32,000 bases of DNA from Vibrio vulnificus CMCP6 (GTDB lineage: Bacteria > Pseudomonadota > Gammaproteobacteria > Enterobacterales > Vibrionaceae), in assembly GCF_000039765.1 (NCBI RefSeq), contig NC_004459.3:150001-182000 (forward strand), read 5' to 3'. The translations under genes were made by a program, and so were the position numbers. Numbering within the stretch: the stretch's first letter is position 1; each line of letters begins with the position of its first letter. A model generated the notes under the pieces. It saw nothing but the letters and a program-made list of their open reading frames with translations. It made no database searches and was not told the origin of the DNA. Below, one piece after another: positions 16,309 to 25,177 of the stretch.

Positions 16309-17880
16309 TTAAGGCAGTTTCACTTCTGATAGGTCTTCGTTGACACCGATTGCTTTCATTTCACCCGCAACGATTTCAGCTAGAGGACCAAGGATAACTT
16401 GTAGGTTGTTTTCGCCAAGCTTAACCACACCTTTAGCACCCAGTTTCTTAAGTACTGCTTCGTCAGCGACAGAGCGGTCTTTAAGCGTTAGACGTAGACG
16501 AGTGATACATGCATCGATTGATGTAAGGTTCTCGTGACCACCTAGTGCTTTTAGGTATTGACGAGCTAGGTCACCACTCTTTGCATCACCAGAAGCCGCA
16601 CTTGTTTCAGAATCATCATCTTCACGACCTGGCGATTTCAGATTGAATGCGCGGATTGCGAAGAAGAAAGTGAAGAAGTATAGAGCACCGAAAGCTAGAC
16701 CGATTAGTAGCAGTACGAATGGCTTAGTTGCTAGACCCCAGTTCAATAGGAAGTCGATTAGACCTGCTGAGAAACCAAAGCCATGTAGCGTGCCGAACAT
16801 GTTTGCTACAACTAGCGCTAGACCAGTGAACACAGCGTGTAGAGCGTATAGTGCTGGAGCTAGGAACACGAACATGAATTCTAGTGGCTCTGTGATACCG
16901 GTTAGGAATGAACAGAACGCTACAGAGAACAGTGCACCACCAACTTGGCTACGTTTTTCTGCTGGAGCTGCTAGGTACATCGCTAGCGCAGCACCTGGTA
17001 GACCAAACATCATCACAGGGAAGAAGCCGTTCATGAATACGCCAGCGCCTTTGTCACCACCGAAGAAGCGGTGTAGGTCACCAGATTTCACTGTTTCAGT
17101 TACTTCTTTCACTGTTGCAGTGATTTCAGGAGTTACAGCGTTAGCAAACTCAAATGTGTGAGTTTGGCCAGCAACAAGAGTTTTCGCTAGTGCTGGGTCT
17201 ACACAAAGCTGTTGTAGAGCAGGTAGAGCTTGACCAGCTGCTTGAGCACCTGTTACTAGGATCTCTTGACACGTACCCATACCGAACCAGAAGTATGAGT
17301 TAAGAACGTGGTGAAGACCAACAGGAATTAGTGCACGGTTTAGAGTACCGTAAACGAATTGACCTACAGCACCAGAAGTCGATACCGCGTGTGCTAGAGC
17401 ATCAAGACCGCCTTGGATTGAAGGCCAAACCACACCAGCAACTGCACCAGCAACCAGTGAGAATAGACCTGCCATAATAGGCACTAGACGTTTGCCAGAG
17501 AAGAATGCCAACCACTCAGGAAGACGTGTAGCATGGAAAGCGTTGTATGAGTGACCAGCGATGATACCACCAATGATACCGCCAAAGAACGACATGTTGA
17601 TAGAAGCATCGATTGTTGTTGCTGTTGCAGTTAGTACAAAGTACGCCACTGCACCTGCTAGACCTGCAGCACCTTGACCGTCTTTAGAAAGACCAATCGC
17701 GATACCAAGACCGAATAGAAGAGGAAGTTGACCAAAGATAGCACCACCAGCTTGCGCCATGAATGGGATATCTAACAGGTCGCCTTGACCCAAACGTAGT
17801 AAGAGCGCCGCAACTGGTAGCGTTGCGATAGGTAGCATAAGAGCTTTACCTAACTTTTGCGCGTATCCAAGAATATTCAC
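16309..17880 (-). CDS. nagE: PTS N-acetylglucosamine-specific EIICB component (no fused EIIA domain)
   Basis: The gene has a GTG start with a GGGGGA SD. The N-terminus MNILGYAQKLGKALMLPIATLPVAALLLRLGQ parallels E. coli NagE. The EIIB Cys motif IDACITRLRL lies near the C-terminus, and the protein ends at 523 aa without an EIIA(Glc)-like domain. Confidence 0.92.
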   Translation of the reverse strand: MNILGYAQKLGKALMLPIATLPVAALLLRLGQGDLLDIPFMAQAGGAIFGQLPLLFGLGIAIGLSKDGQGAAGLAGAVAYFVLTATATTIDASINMSFFGGIIGGIIAGHSYNAFHATRLPEWLAFFSGKRLVPIMAGLFSLVAGAVAGVVWPSIQGGLDALAHAVSTSGAVGQFVYGTLNRALIPVGLHHVLNSYFWFGMGTCQEILVTGAQAAGQALPALQQLCVDPALAKTLVAGQTHTFEFANAVTPEITATVKEVTETVKSGDLHRFFGGDKGAGVFMNGFFPVMMFGLPGAALAMYLAAPAEKRSQVGGALFSVAFCSFLTGITEPLEFMFVFLAPALYALHAVFTGLALVVANMFGTLHGFGFSAGLIDFLLNWGLATKPFVLLLIGLAFGALYFFTFFFAIRAFNLKSPGREDDDSETSAASGDAKSGDLARQYLKALGGHENLTSIDACITRLRLTLKDRSVADEAVLKKLGAKGVVKLGENNLQVILGPLAEIVAGEMKAIGVNEDLSEVKLP

Positions 17881-17960
17881 CTTAAGTTCCCCCTATAGGA
17901 TTTTCATTTTTTGGAAGACTTTTTTTAGTCGTCCAATTTAGTCTTTTCCAGTTTATGACA

Positions 17961-17982
17961 TTAATTTTGCTCCGCAAATTAA
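17961..17982. promoter_or_regulatory. Candidate NagC operator proximal to nagE
   Basis: TTAATTT-TGCTCCGC-AAATTAA has perfect 7-bp AT-rich inverted arms around a G/C-containing centre, the general form of NagC/Mlc sites. It overlaps a plausible nagE promoter (-35 TTGCGG at 17972-17977, -10 TAAACT at 17950-17955, minus strand). Confidence 0.55.
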
Positions 17983-17991
17983 AACCTCTTT

Positions 17992-18013
17992 GTTTGTGAT
18001 CATAATCACCAGA
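17992..18013. promoter_or_regulatory. Candidate CRP (cAMP receptor protein) site
   Basis: TGTGA-TCATAA-TCACC at 17995-18010 matches 9/10 core positions of TGTGA-N6-TCACA. It lies between the two NagC-like sites, as the CAP site does in the E. coli nagE-nagB region. Confidence 0.6.
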
Positions 18014-18055
18014 TTTTGCCCTTCCCAAAGGTTTTTGCTAGCGAGATCATAAAAC

Positions 18056-18077
18056 TTATTTTATCATTCAAAAAAAT
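18056..18077. promoter_or_regulatory. Candidate second NagC operator (nagA-side)
   Basis: In TTATTTT-ATCATTC-AAAAAAA the left arm is a good NagC-type half-site and the right arm is degenerate (5/7 complementarity). Its centre is about 95 bp from the first site. Confidence 0.4.
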
Positions 18078-18371
18078 GGTGAATTGGCGATAAAATTCTC
18101 AGACTTTTAGTGATGAACGAAACTCGTTTTTTGCCTAGCCACAATGGAATAAAACCATAGACTGGCATAAAGAATCGCTTAAAATACTATCAAAATAACG
18201 AATTTTCAGCATCTTACGTTGCTTAGAGTTTATCTTGCCAATGCTTGCTGTACCGCCTTTACGGCCTAATTCAGCGACACAAACTAAGTGTCCAATATAT
18301 TGGATGAATCGCTGTCTAAGGAACCGTAAATGAAACGAATTTAAATCTCATTTGATAAGGATTAGCTGAAT

Positions 18372-19508
18372 ATGTACGCGCTAACTAACTGTAAAATCTA
18401 TACAGGAAGTGATGTTCTCTCTGAGCACGCTCTCATCATCGAAAATGATTTGATCCAATCGATCGTACCAGCAGCGGATCTACCCTCTGGAATTGAAGTC
18501 AAAGACCTCGCAGGCGCTAACGTTAGTCCAGGTTTCATCGATCTACAGTTGAATGGCTGCGGCGGTGTGATGCTGAATGACGAAATCACAGCAGAAACGA
18601 TGCAAATCATGCACAAGGCGAACTTAAAGTCCGGCTGTACCAGCTTTCTGCCAACGCTAATCACTTCATCAGATGAAGACATGCGCGCTGCCATTTCTGC
18701 CGCACGTGAATACCATGCCCAATATCAAAACCAATCACTTGGTTTACACCTTGAAGGTCCTTACCTTAATGTGATGAAAAAAGGCATTCACAGCGTGGAT
18801 TACATTCGTCCTTCTGACACCAGCATGGTGGACTTTATTTGCGAAAACGCGGATGTCGTAGCCAAAGTGACTCTTGCTCCTGAGCTAAACGATCCTGAAC
18901 ACATTGAAAAACTGCGCAACGCGGGCATCGTTGTTTCTATCGGTCACACTAACGCCACTTACGCAGAGGCGCGTAAAGGCTTTGAAGCTGGCATCACCTT
19001 CGCCACGCACTTGTTCAATGCCATGACACCGATGGTTGGCCGTGAGCCCGGCGTGGTTGGTGCCATTTACGATACACCTGATGTGTATGCTGGCATCATT
19101 GCAGACGGTTTCCACGTTGACTATGCAAACATCAGAATTGCGCACAAGATCAAAGGCGAGAAGCTTGTATTAGTGACCGATGCCACAGCTCCTGCAGGCG
19201 CAAACATGGATTACTTTATTTTTGTTGGTAAGAAAGTATATTACCGAGATGGCAAATGTGTTGATGAAAATGGCACATTAGGCGGTTCAGCGTTGACGAT
19301 GATCGAAGCGGTCCAGAATACGGTTGAACATGTCGGAATCGCTTTAGATGAAGCTCTACGAATGGCGACTCTCTACCCAGCAAAAGCAATTGGTGTAGAC
19401 GCGCAGCTAGGTCGAATTAAGAAAGGTTACATTGCGAACCTGACGATTTTCGATCGAGACTTCAATGTTAAAGCGACGGTTGTTAACGGACAATACGAGC
19501 AAAATTAA
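18372..19508 (+). CDS. nagA: N-acetylglucosamine-6-phosphate deacetylase
   Basis: A 378-aa amidohydrolase-fold protein ([26 protein letters not shown]), followed 2 nt later by nagC. Confidence 0.95.
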   Translation: MYALTNCKIYTGSDVLSEHALIIENDLIQSIVPAADLPSGIEVKDLAGANVSPGFIDLQLNGCGGVMLNDEITAETMQIMHKANLKSGCTSFLPTLITSSDEDMRAAISAAREYHAQYQNQSLGLHLEGPYLNVMKKGIHSVDYIRPSDTSMVDFICENADVVAKVTLAPELNDPEHIEKLRNAGIVVSIGHTNATYAEARKGFEAGITFATHLFNAMTPMVGREPGVVGAIYDTPDVYAGIIADGFHVDYANIRIAHKIKGEKLVLVTDATAPAGANMDYFIFVGKKVYYRDGKCVDENGTLGGSALTMIEAVQNTVEHVGIALDEALRMATLYPAKAIGVDAQLGRIKKGYIANLTIFDRDFNVKATVVNGQYEQN

Positions 19509-19510
19509 GA

Positions 19511-20725
19511 ATGAATGGCGGACAGATAGGTAACGTAGACTTAGTAAAACAACTGAACAGCGCAGCTGTCTACAGATTGATTGATCAACAAGGACCTATC
19601 TCCCGCATACAAGTGGCAGATGTCAGTCAACTGGCACCTGCCAGTGTCACAAAAATCACCCGCCAACTCCTTGAGCGGGGATTGATCAAAGAGGTTGCAC
19701 AACAAGCCTCCACAGGCGGTCGACGTGCAATCTCATTAACAACAGAGGTCAAACCCTTCCACTCTGTTGCTGTGCGTCTTGGTCGCGACTACGTGCAATT
19801 TTGCCTCTATGATTTAGGTGGCGCGGCACTAGCACAAGATCAGCACGATTTTCGTTACACCAATCAATCCGATCTGCAACAAGGTCTTACTGCTTTGCTG
19901 AAAGACTTTATTAGCCGTAGCCAAGATAAAATTGATCAACTTATCGCTATCGGCATTACGCTCCCAGGTCTCGTTAACCCGACAACCGGTGTGGTTGAGT
20001 ACATGCCTAACACGGATATCGATAAACTCGCTTTAGGCGAAATCATTCGTGAAAAATTTGGCATTGAATGTTTCGTTGGCAACGACGTGCGTGGCATGGC
20101 ATTAGCTGAACACTATTTTGGAGCCAGTCAGGACTGCCAAGACTCGATTCTCGTCAGTGTTCACCGCGGTACCGGTGCTGGTATCATCGTTAACGGACAA
20201 GTTTTCCTTGGCTTCAACCGCAACGTTGGTGAGATTGGCCATATTCAAATCGACCCTCTTGGTGAACAATGCCAATGTGGTAACTTCGGCTGCCTTGAGA
20301 CCGTTGCAGCAAACCCAGCAATTATTCAGCGTGTGAAAAAACTGATCGCGCAAGGTTATGAGTCATCACTAGCAAAACTGGACCACATTACCATCCAGGA
20401 CGTCTGTAACCACGCTCTAGAAGGCGATGAACTGGCGCAACAAAGCTTAGTTCGAGTGGGCAATCAGTTAGGCAAAGCGATTGCGATCACCATTAACTTG
20501 TTTAACCCACAAAAAATTGTCATCGCTGGTGATATTACTGCCGCGAAAGACATTGTTTTCCCTGCGATTCAACGTAATGTCGAAAACCAATCACTAAAAA
20601 CCTTCCATAATCAACTGCCTATTGTCGCATCGCAGATCGATAAACAACCAACGATGGGCGCGTTTGCCATGATTAAACGCGCTATGCTTAATGGCGTTTT
20701 GTTACAAAAGTTGTTGGGTGAATAA
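19511..20725 (+). CDS. nagC: ROK-family N-acetylglucosamine repressor NagC
   Basis: A 404-aa protein. IGNVDLVKQLNSAAVYRLIDQQGPISRIQ...ASTGGRRAISL and the Zn motif HIQIDPLGEQCQCGNFGCLET align closely with E. coli NagC as I recall it. Confidence 0.93.
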   Translation: MNGGQIGNVDLVKQLNSAAVYRLIDQQGPISRIQVADVSQLAPASVTKITRQLLERGLIKEVAQQASTGGRRAISLTTEVKPFHSVAVRLGRDYVQFCLYDLGGAALAQDQHDFRYTNQSDLQQGLTALLKDFISRSQDKIDQLIAIGITLPGLVNPTTGVVEYMPNTDIDKLALGEIIREKFGIECFVGNDVRGMALAEHYFGASQDCQDSILVSVHRGTGAGIIVNGQVFLGFNRNVGEIGHIQIDPLGEQCQCGNFGCLETVAANPAIIQRVKKLIAQGYESSLAKLDHITIQDVCNHALEGDELAQQSLVRVGNQLGKAIAITINLFNPQKIVIAGDITAAKDIVFPAIQRNVENQSLKTFHNQLPIVASQIDKQPTMGAFAMIKRAMLNGVLLQKLLGE

Positions 20726-20762
20726 AGCACCTGTCAATCAACCAGTTACATAGGTTACAATT

Positions 20763-20788
20763 GGGCTGTGTTTACACAGCCCTTTTTA
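20763..20788 (+). terminator. nagC intrinsic terminator
   Basis: GGGCTGTG-TTTA-CACAGCCC followed by TTTTTAC. Confidence 0.88.
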
Positions 20789-20814
20789 CATCTGAAGGAA
20801 GTCACGCGCGCACC

Positions 20815-22407
20815 ATGGAAATAATTTTGATAACCACCGCTTTTGTGGCGGGCTTTTTAGCACTAAAGTGCAACTTACCCCCACTTGTCGGTTTTCTGCT
20901 TGCGGGTTTTGCACTGCATGCTTTTGGTTTTGAAAGTAACCTGACGATCACCACACTCGCCGATCTTGGGGTAACACTACTGCTCTTTACCATTGGTTTA
21001 AAACTGGAAATCAAAACCTTACTCTCTAAAGAGATATGGGCAGGTGCGACCGCTCATAACCTTCTGTCGACATTGCTGTTTACCGCGGCGTTTATTGGAC
21101 TAAAATTTCTCGGAATTTCTTCTCTGGCAGAGATGGAAACTGGCCATCTAGTCTTGCTTGCCTTCGCACTCTCCTTCTCCAGTACCGTTTTTGCCGTGAA
21201 ATCATTGCAAGAAAAAGGCGAAATGAACGCCACTTACGGCACGTTGGCGATTGGTATTTTGATCATGCAAGATATCTTCGCCGTGGTATTCCTCACCGCC
21301 TCAACCGGGAAATTGCCCCATTGGTACGCTATTGCTCTGTTCGCCTTGCCCTTGTTACGCCCTCTTTTCTACAAGATTCTTGACTGGGTTGGCCACGGGG
21401 AAATGCTGGTACTGTTCGGTATTTTCTTCGCACTTGTCGCGGGAGCAGGGTTGTTTGAACTTGTTGGTATGAAACCAGACCTTGGTGCACTCGTGCTGGG
21501 TATGTTATTAGCTGGTCACCGCAAGTCATCGGAACTCGCCAAATCCCTATTTAACATGAAGGAGCTTTTCCTCGTCTGCTTCTTCCTCAATATCGGTTTA
21601 TCGGCCTCGCTCAGTTTAACTGGCGTCTCTTTGGCACTGCTCATTCTGCTCTTACTGCCACTGAAAGGTCTTCTTTACTTCCTAACCATCAATCACTTTA
21701 AGTTTCGTGTGCGCACGTCCTTGCTCGCGTCATTGACCCTTTTTAACTACAGTGAGTTTGGCCTCATTGTTGGTGGCTTAGCTTATAAAATGGGATGGAT
21801 GCCGAGTGATATTTTGGTTGCCCTTGCGGTTGCGGTCTCGCTTTCTTTTATTCTTGCGGCGCCATTGAGCAAAATGGGCCACCAAATCTATCAACATTCA
21901 GGAAAGTGGCTACAAGAAACCGCCGCAGAAAAGCTCAATCAGCGTGATCAGTTGATCAACCCAGGCAACGCGCAAGTCTTGATCCTGGGCATGGGCCGTA
22001 TCGGAACGGGGGCTTATGATGAACTTCGCGCTCGTTACGGCAAAATCAGCTTAGGCGTAGAAGTGAGAGAAGAAGCCGCGCAACATCATCGAGAAGAAGG
22101 TAGAAACGTTATTGCAGGAGATGCCACTGACCCTGACTTTTGGGAGCGCATTCTTGATACAGCGAATGTGAAGCTGGTTTTACTAGCCATGCCTCATCAC
22201 CAAGGTAATCAAACCGCGCTTGAGCAGCTCAAACGTCGCAACTACCAAGGACAAATTGCCGCGATTGCCGAATACACTGACCAATTAGAGATGCTCACTA
22301 ACAGTGGTGTACACGCTGCCTTTAATATTTATAACGAAGCGGGAAGTGGCTTTGCGCGCCATGTGTGCGAACAACTTCAACCTCAGTTTGCTCCCCCCTC
22401 AAACTAA
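20815..22407 (+). CDS. CPA2-family cation:proton antiporter with C-terminal RCK/TrkA-N domain (Kef/YbaL-like)
   Basis: The ORF-track start at 20761 is a TTG inside the nagC terminator stem, so I trimmed it to the ATG at 20815 (MEIILITTAFVAGF...). The protein has about 12 TM segments followed by a VLILGMGRIGTG Rossmann motif. Confidence 0.85.
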   Translation: MEIILITTAFVAGFLALKCNLPPLVGFLLAGFALHAFGFESNLTITTLADLGVTLLLFTIGLKLEIKTLLSKEIWAGATAHNLLSTLLFTAAFIGLKFLGISSLAEMETGHLVLLAFALSFSSTVFAVKSLQEKGEMNATYGTLAIGILIMQDIFAVVFLTASTGKLPHWYAIALFALPLLRPLFYKILDWVGHGEMLVLFGIFFALVAGAGLFELVGMKPDLGALVLGMLLAGHRKSSELAKSLFNMKELFLVCFFLNIGLSASLSLTGVSLALLILLLLPLKGLLYFLTINHFKFRVRTSLLASLTLFNYSEFGLIVGGLAYKMGWMPSDILVALAVAVSLSFILAAPLSKMGHQIYQHSGKWLQETAAEKLNQRDQLINPGNAQVLILGMGRIGTGAYDELRARYGKISLGVEVREEAAQHHREEGRNVIAGDATDPDFWERILDTANVKLVLLAMPHHQGNQTALEQLKRRNYQGQIAAIAEYTDQLEMLTNSGVHAAFNIYNEAGSGFARHVCEQLQPQFAPPSN

Positions 22408-22420
22408 GCACTATCCCCAT

Positions 22421-22447
22421 TAAAGGCTCACAAAATTGGGCCTTTTT
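22421..22447 (+). terminator. Weak terminator-like hairpin after the CPA2 antiporter gene
   Basis: A 6-bp stem (AAAGGC ... GCCTTT) with a 12-nt loop, followed by TTTTGC. Confidence 0.4.
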
Positions 22448-22456
22448 GCTTTCTTT

Positions 22457-22485
22457 TTCACCAAAACCTTACTTGCATTCACCAA
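22457..22485 (+). repeat. Direct repeat TTCACCAA x2 (21-bp register) upstream of asnB
   Basis: TTCACCAA occurs at 22457-22464 and 22478-22485, about 140-165 nt upstream of the asnB ATG. Confidence 0.5.
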
Positions 22486-22623
22486 TTAAGGGTTTCTATT
22501 AAATATTTTTTAATCATTAGCCCCTTTGTTTACTTTTTTTATCGAAGAGTGTTGCTTTTTTTGTTCAGACTGGCAAATTGAAGCCATACCGTTTAGAAAT
22601 GATTTAATTAAAAAGGATGTTGT

Positions 22624-24288
22624 ATGTGTTCAGTATTTGGCATTTTAGACATTAAAAGCGACGCAGCGGCGCTTCGCCCTATCGCTTTAGAGATGTCGAA
22701 AAAACTTCGTCACCGTGGCCCAGACTGGTCCGGGATCTACGCATCAGATCGAGCAATTCTTGCTCATGAGCGTCTTGCGATCGTAGGTCTTAACAGCGGC
22801 GCACAGCCTCTTTACAGCCCAGATAAAAAACTCATCCTTGCCGTTAACGGTGAAATCTACAACCACAAAGAAATTCGTGCTCGTTACGAAGGCAAATATG
22901 ATTTCCAAACAGATTCTGATTGTGAAGTTATTCTCGCCCTCTACCAAGAAATGGGTGCCGATCTCCTAGAAGAATTAAACGGTATCTTCGCTTTTGTTCT
23001 TTACGATGAAGAGAAAGATCAGTACCTAATTGGACGTGACCACATTGGTATCATCCCGCTTTACCAAGGTTATGATGAGCACGGCAACTACTATGTCGCT
23101 TCAGAAATGAAAGCGTTGGTTCCCGTTTGCAAAACCATCAGTGAATTTCCTCCAGGTAGCTACTACAGCTCAACCGATGCAGGTCCTCAACGTTACTACA
23201 TTCGCGACTGGAATGAATACGCAGCGGTACAGGGCAACACCAGCAGCAAAGAGGAACTAACAGCAGCGCTTGAAGCGGCGGTGAAACGTCAGTTGATGAC
23301 AGATGTGCCTTACGGTGTATTACTGTCGGGTGGACTTGATTCTTCTATTACCTCTGCGGTTGCTAAACGTTATGCCGCAATGCGAATTGAAGACGACGAA
23401 CAAACTGAAGCCTGGTGGCCACAACTTCACTCATTTGCTATTGGCCTTGACGGTGCTCCAGATCTGAAAGCAGCCCGTGAAGTGGCGGCGAAAATTGGCA
23501 CTGTACACCATGAAATGACGTACACCATTCAAGAAGGATTGGACGCAATTCGTGATGTGATTTACCACATCGAAACATACGATGTCACGACCATCCGCGC
23601 GTCAACACCAATGTATTTGATGGGACGTAAGATCAAAGCCATGGGCATCAAGATGGTACTTTCTGGTGAAGGGGCTGACGAGATTTTTGGTGGCTACCTC
23701 TACTTCCACAAAGCACCCAACGCACAAGAGTTCCACGAAGAGACGGTGCGCAAACTGCTTGCGCTCAACATGTTTGACTGTGCTCGCGCAAACAAATCGC
23801 TAGCGGCTTGGGGTGTTGAAGGCCGAGTGCCATTCTTGGATAAAGAGTTTATCGATGTTGCAATGCGCTTGAACCCTGCGGATAAAATGTGTGGCAACGG
23901 CAAAATGGAGAAACACATTCTTCGTGAGTGCTTTGAGCACTACCTACCAGACTCTATTGCTTGGCGTCAAAAAGAGCAGTTTTCTGATGGCGTGGGTTAT
24001 GGCTGGATCGACACACTCAAAGCAGTGGCAGAAGAGAAAGTAACCGATCAACAGATGGAAGCCGCAAAATTCCGCTTCCCATACAACACGCCAACAACAA
24101 AAGAAGGCTATGTATACCGCGAAATTTTCGAAGAGTTGTTCCCACTGACATCGGCTGCAGAATGTGTCCCTGGCGGTCCATCAGTGGCTTGTTCGTCCGC
24201 TAAAGCGATTGAATGGGACGAATCCTTTAAAAACTGTATTGACCCGTCAGGTCGAGCAGTGAAAGCGGTACATAACGAAGCGTATTAA
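22624..24288 (+). CDS. asnB: Asparagine synthetase B (glutamine-hydrolysing)
   Basis: A 554-aa protein with the MCS N-terminal nucleophile Cys2 and the SGGLDSS PP-loop. An AAAGGA SD lies upstream. Confidence 0.97.
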   Translation: MCSVFGILDIKSDAAALRPIALEMSKKLRHRGPDWSGIYASDRAILAHERLAIVGLNSGAQPLYSPDKKLILAVNGEIYNHKEIRARYEGKYDFQTDSDCEVILALYQEMGADLLEELNGIFAFVLYDEEKDQYLIGRDHIGIIPLYQGYDEHGNYYVASEMKALVPVCKTISEFPPGSYYSSTDAGPQRYYIRDWNEYAAVQGNTSSKEELTAALEAAVKRQLMTDVPYGVLLSGGLDSSITSAVAKRYAAMRIEDDEQTEAWWPQLHSFAIGLDGAPDLKAAREVAAKIGTVHHEMTYTIQEGLDAIRDVIYHIETYDVTTIRASTPMYLMGRKIKAMGIKMVLSGEGADEIFGGYLYFHKAPNAQEFHEETVRKLLALNMFDCARANKSLAAWGVEGRVPFLDKEFIDVAMRLNPADKMCGNGKMEKHILRECFEHYLPDSIAWRQKEQFSDGVGYGWIDTLKAVAEEKVTDQQMEAAKFRFPYNTPTTKEGYVYREIFEELFPLTSAAECVPGGPSVACSSAKAIEWDESFKNCIDPSGRAVKAVHNEAY

Positions 24289-24317
24289 TCTGCACGCCGT
24301 TCACACTAACAGCAACG

Positions 24318-24346
24318 AAAGAAGGCACCCAAAAGGTGCCTTCTTT
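24318..24346. terminator. Bidirectional terminator between asnB and rfaH
   Basis: A 12-bp perfect stem (AAAGAAGGCACC/GGTGCCTTCTTT) with loop CAAAA. Confidence 0.75.
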
Positions 24347-24365
24347 ACTAGGGTCTATTGGCCAC

Positions 24366-24872
24366 TCACCCCTTCAGTTCTAGGTCGCTATTCTCAATGC
24401 TCACTGGCACGGTCTGGGAAATCATTTTAACCAGCATGATTGAACGTGTTTCGCCATCTTGCTCTTGGAAAATGGCCTCGATACCCGCGAACTGCCCGCT
24501 TTTCACTTTGATCGAATCACCCGGTTTCGGCAAATTACTCCCCTGCAACGCACTTTCATGTCCCTCTTGTTCAAGAAGCTTGAGTTCATAAATCAAATCC
24601 CCTTGAAGCTCTTTGGGGTGAGCGCCAAACTTCACAAAATCCACCACACCTCTGGTTGAACGCACAGTGGTAAACGTCGGGCCTATTTCAAAATCGAAAC
24701 GAACAAAAATGTAGGAAGGAAATAAGGGCTCACTCTTTGTTTGGCGTTTACCACGCAGAATCTTTTCAACTTCTATGGTGGGATAGAAACACTCAACACC
24801 TTGGTTTTCTAAATGTTGCTTCGCTCGGATCTGCTCTCCGCGCTTACAATACAGCAAATACCATTTTTTCAT
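24366..24872 (-). CDS. rfaH: NusG-paralog transcription antiterminator RfaH
   Basis: A 168-aa protein. WYLLYCKRGEQIRAKQHLENQGV...SEPLFPSYIFVRFD parallels E. coli RfaH, and a C-terminal KOW-like region is present. Confidence 0.88.
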   Translation of the reverse strand: MKKWYLLYCKRGEQIRAKQHLENQGVECFYPTIEVEKILRGKRQTKSEPLFPSYIFVRFDFEIGPTFTTVRSTRGVVDFVKFGAHPKELQGDLIYELKLLEQEGHESALQGSNLPKPGDSIKVKSGQFAGIEAIFQEQDGETRSIMLVKMISQTVPVSIENSDLELKG

Positions 24873-25177
24873 TTATCACTAGCCATCTATTTTTTGTTTA
24901 TCCTAGCATTTCGCCAGACGATAGGAAATCGCGTGAGTTGCAATCATACAAACCAATACACTTTGTTTGCTAAACGTTAATTCGCAGAACCAAAAATGGA
25001 ATATTAGTTTCTAACACGTAGAAACCACCCAAGCAAAACATTGGAAAACCTTTTATAACAAAAGGTTAAATATAAACCGAACAATCCACTGCCATTTAAA
25101 AGTATTTGAGTATTTAAACAACGAGGAGTATACGTATTCGCCTATAAAAAATTTCATAACTAGAATTAGTCAAACTT

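Noticed and set aside
24873-25177. A search for an RfaH ops element (GGCGGTAG) near rfaH, plus two hairpins in the rfaH-POT divergent region (GTTTCTA-N5-TAGAAAC at 25007-25025 and AACCTTTT-ATAAC-AAAAGGTT at 25047-25067).
   Set aside because: I saw no ops-like sequence in this or the other intergenic regions I read, so rfaH appears unlinked to its targets, as it is in E. coli. The hairpins are short and AT-rich with no following T-run, and I cannot assign them a role.
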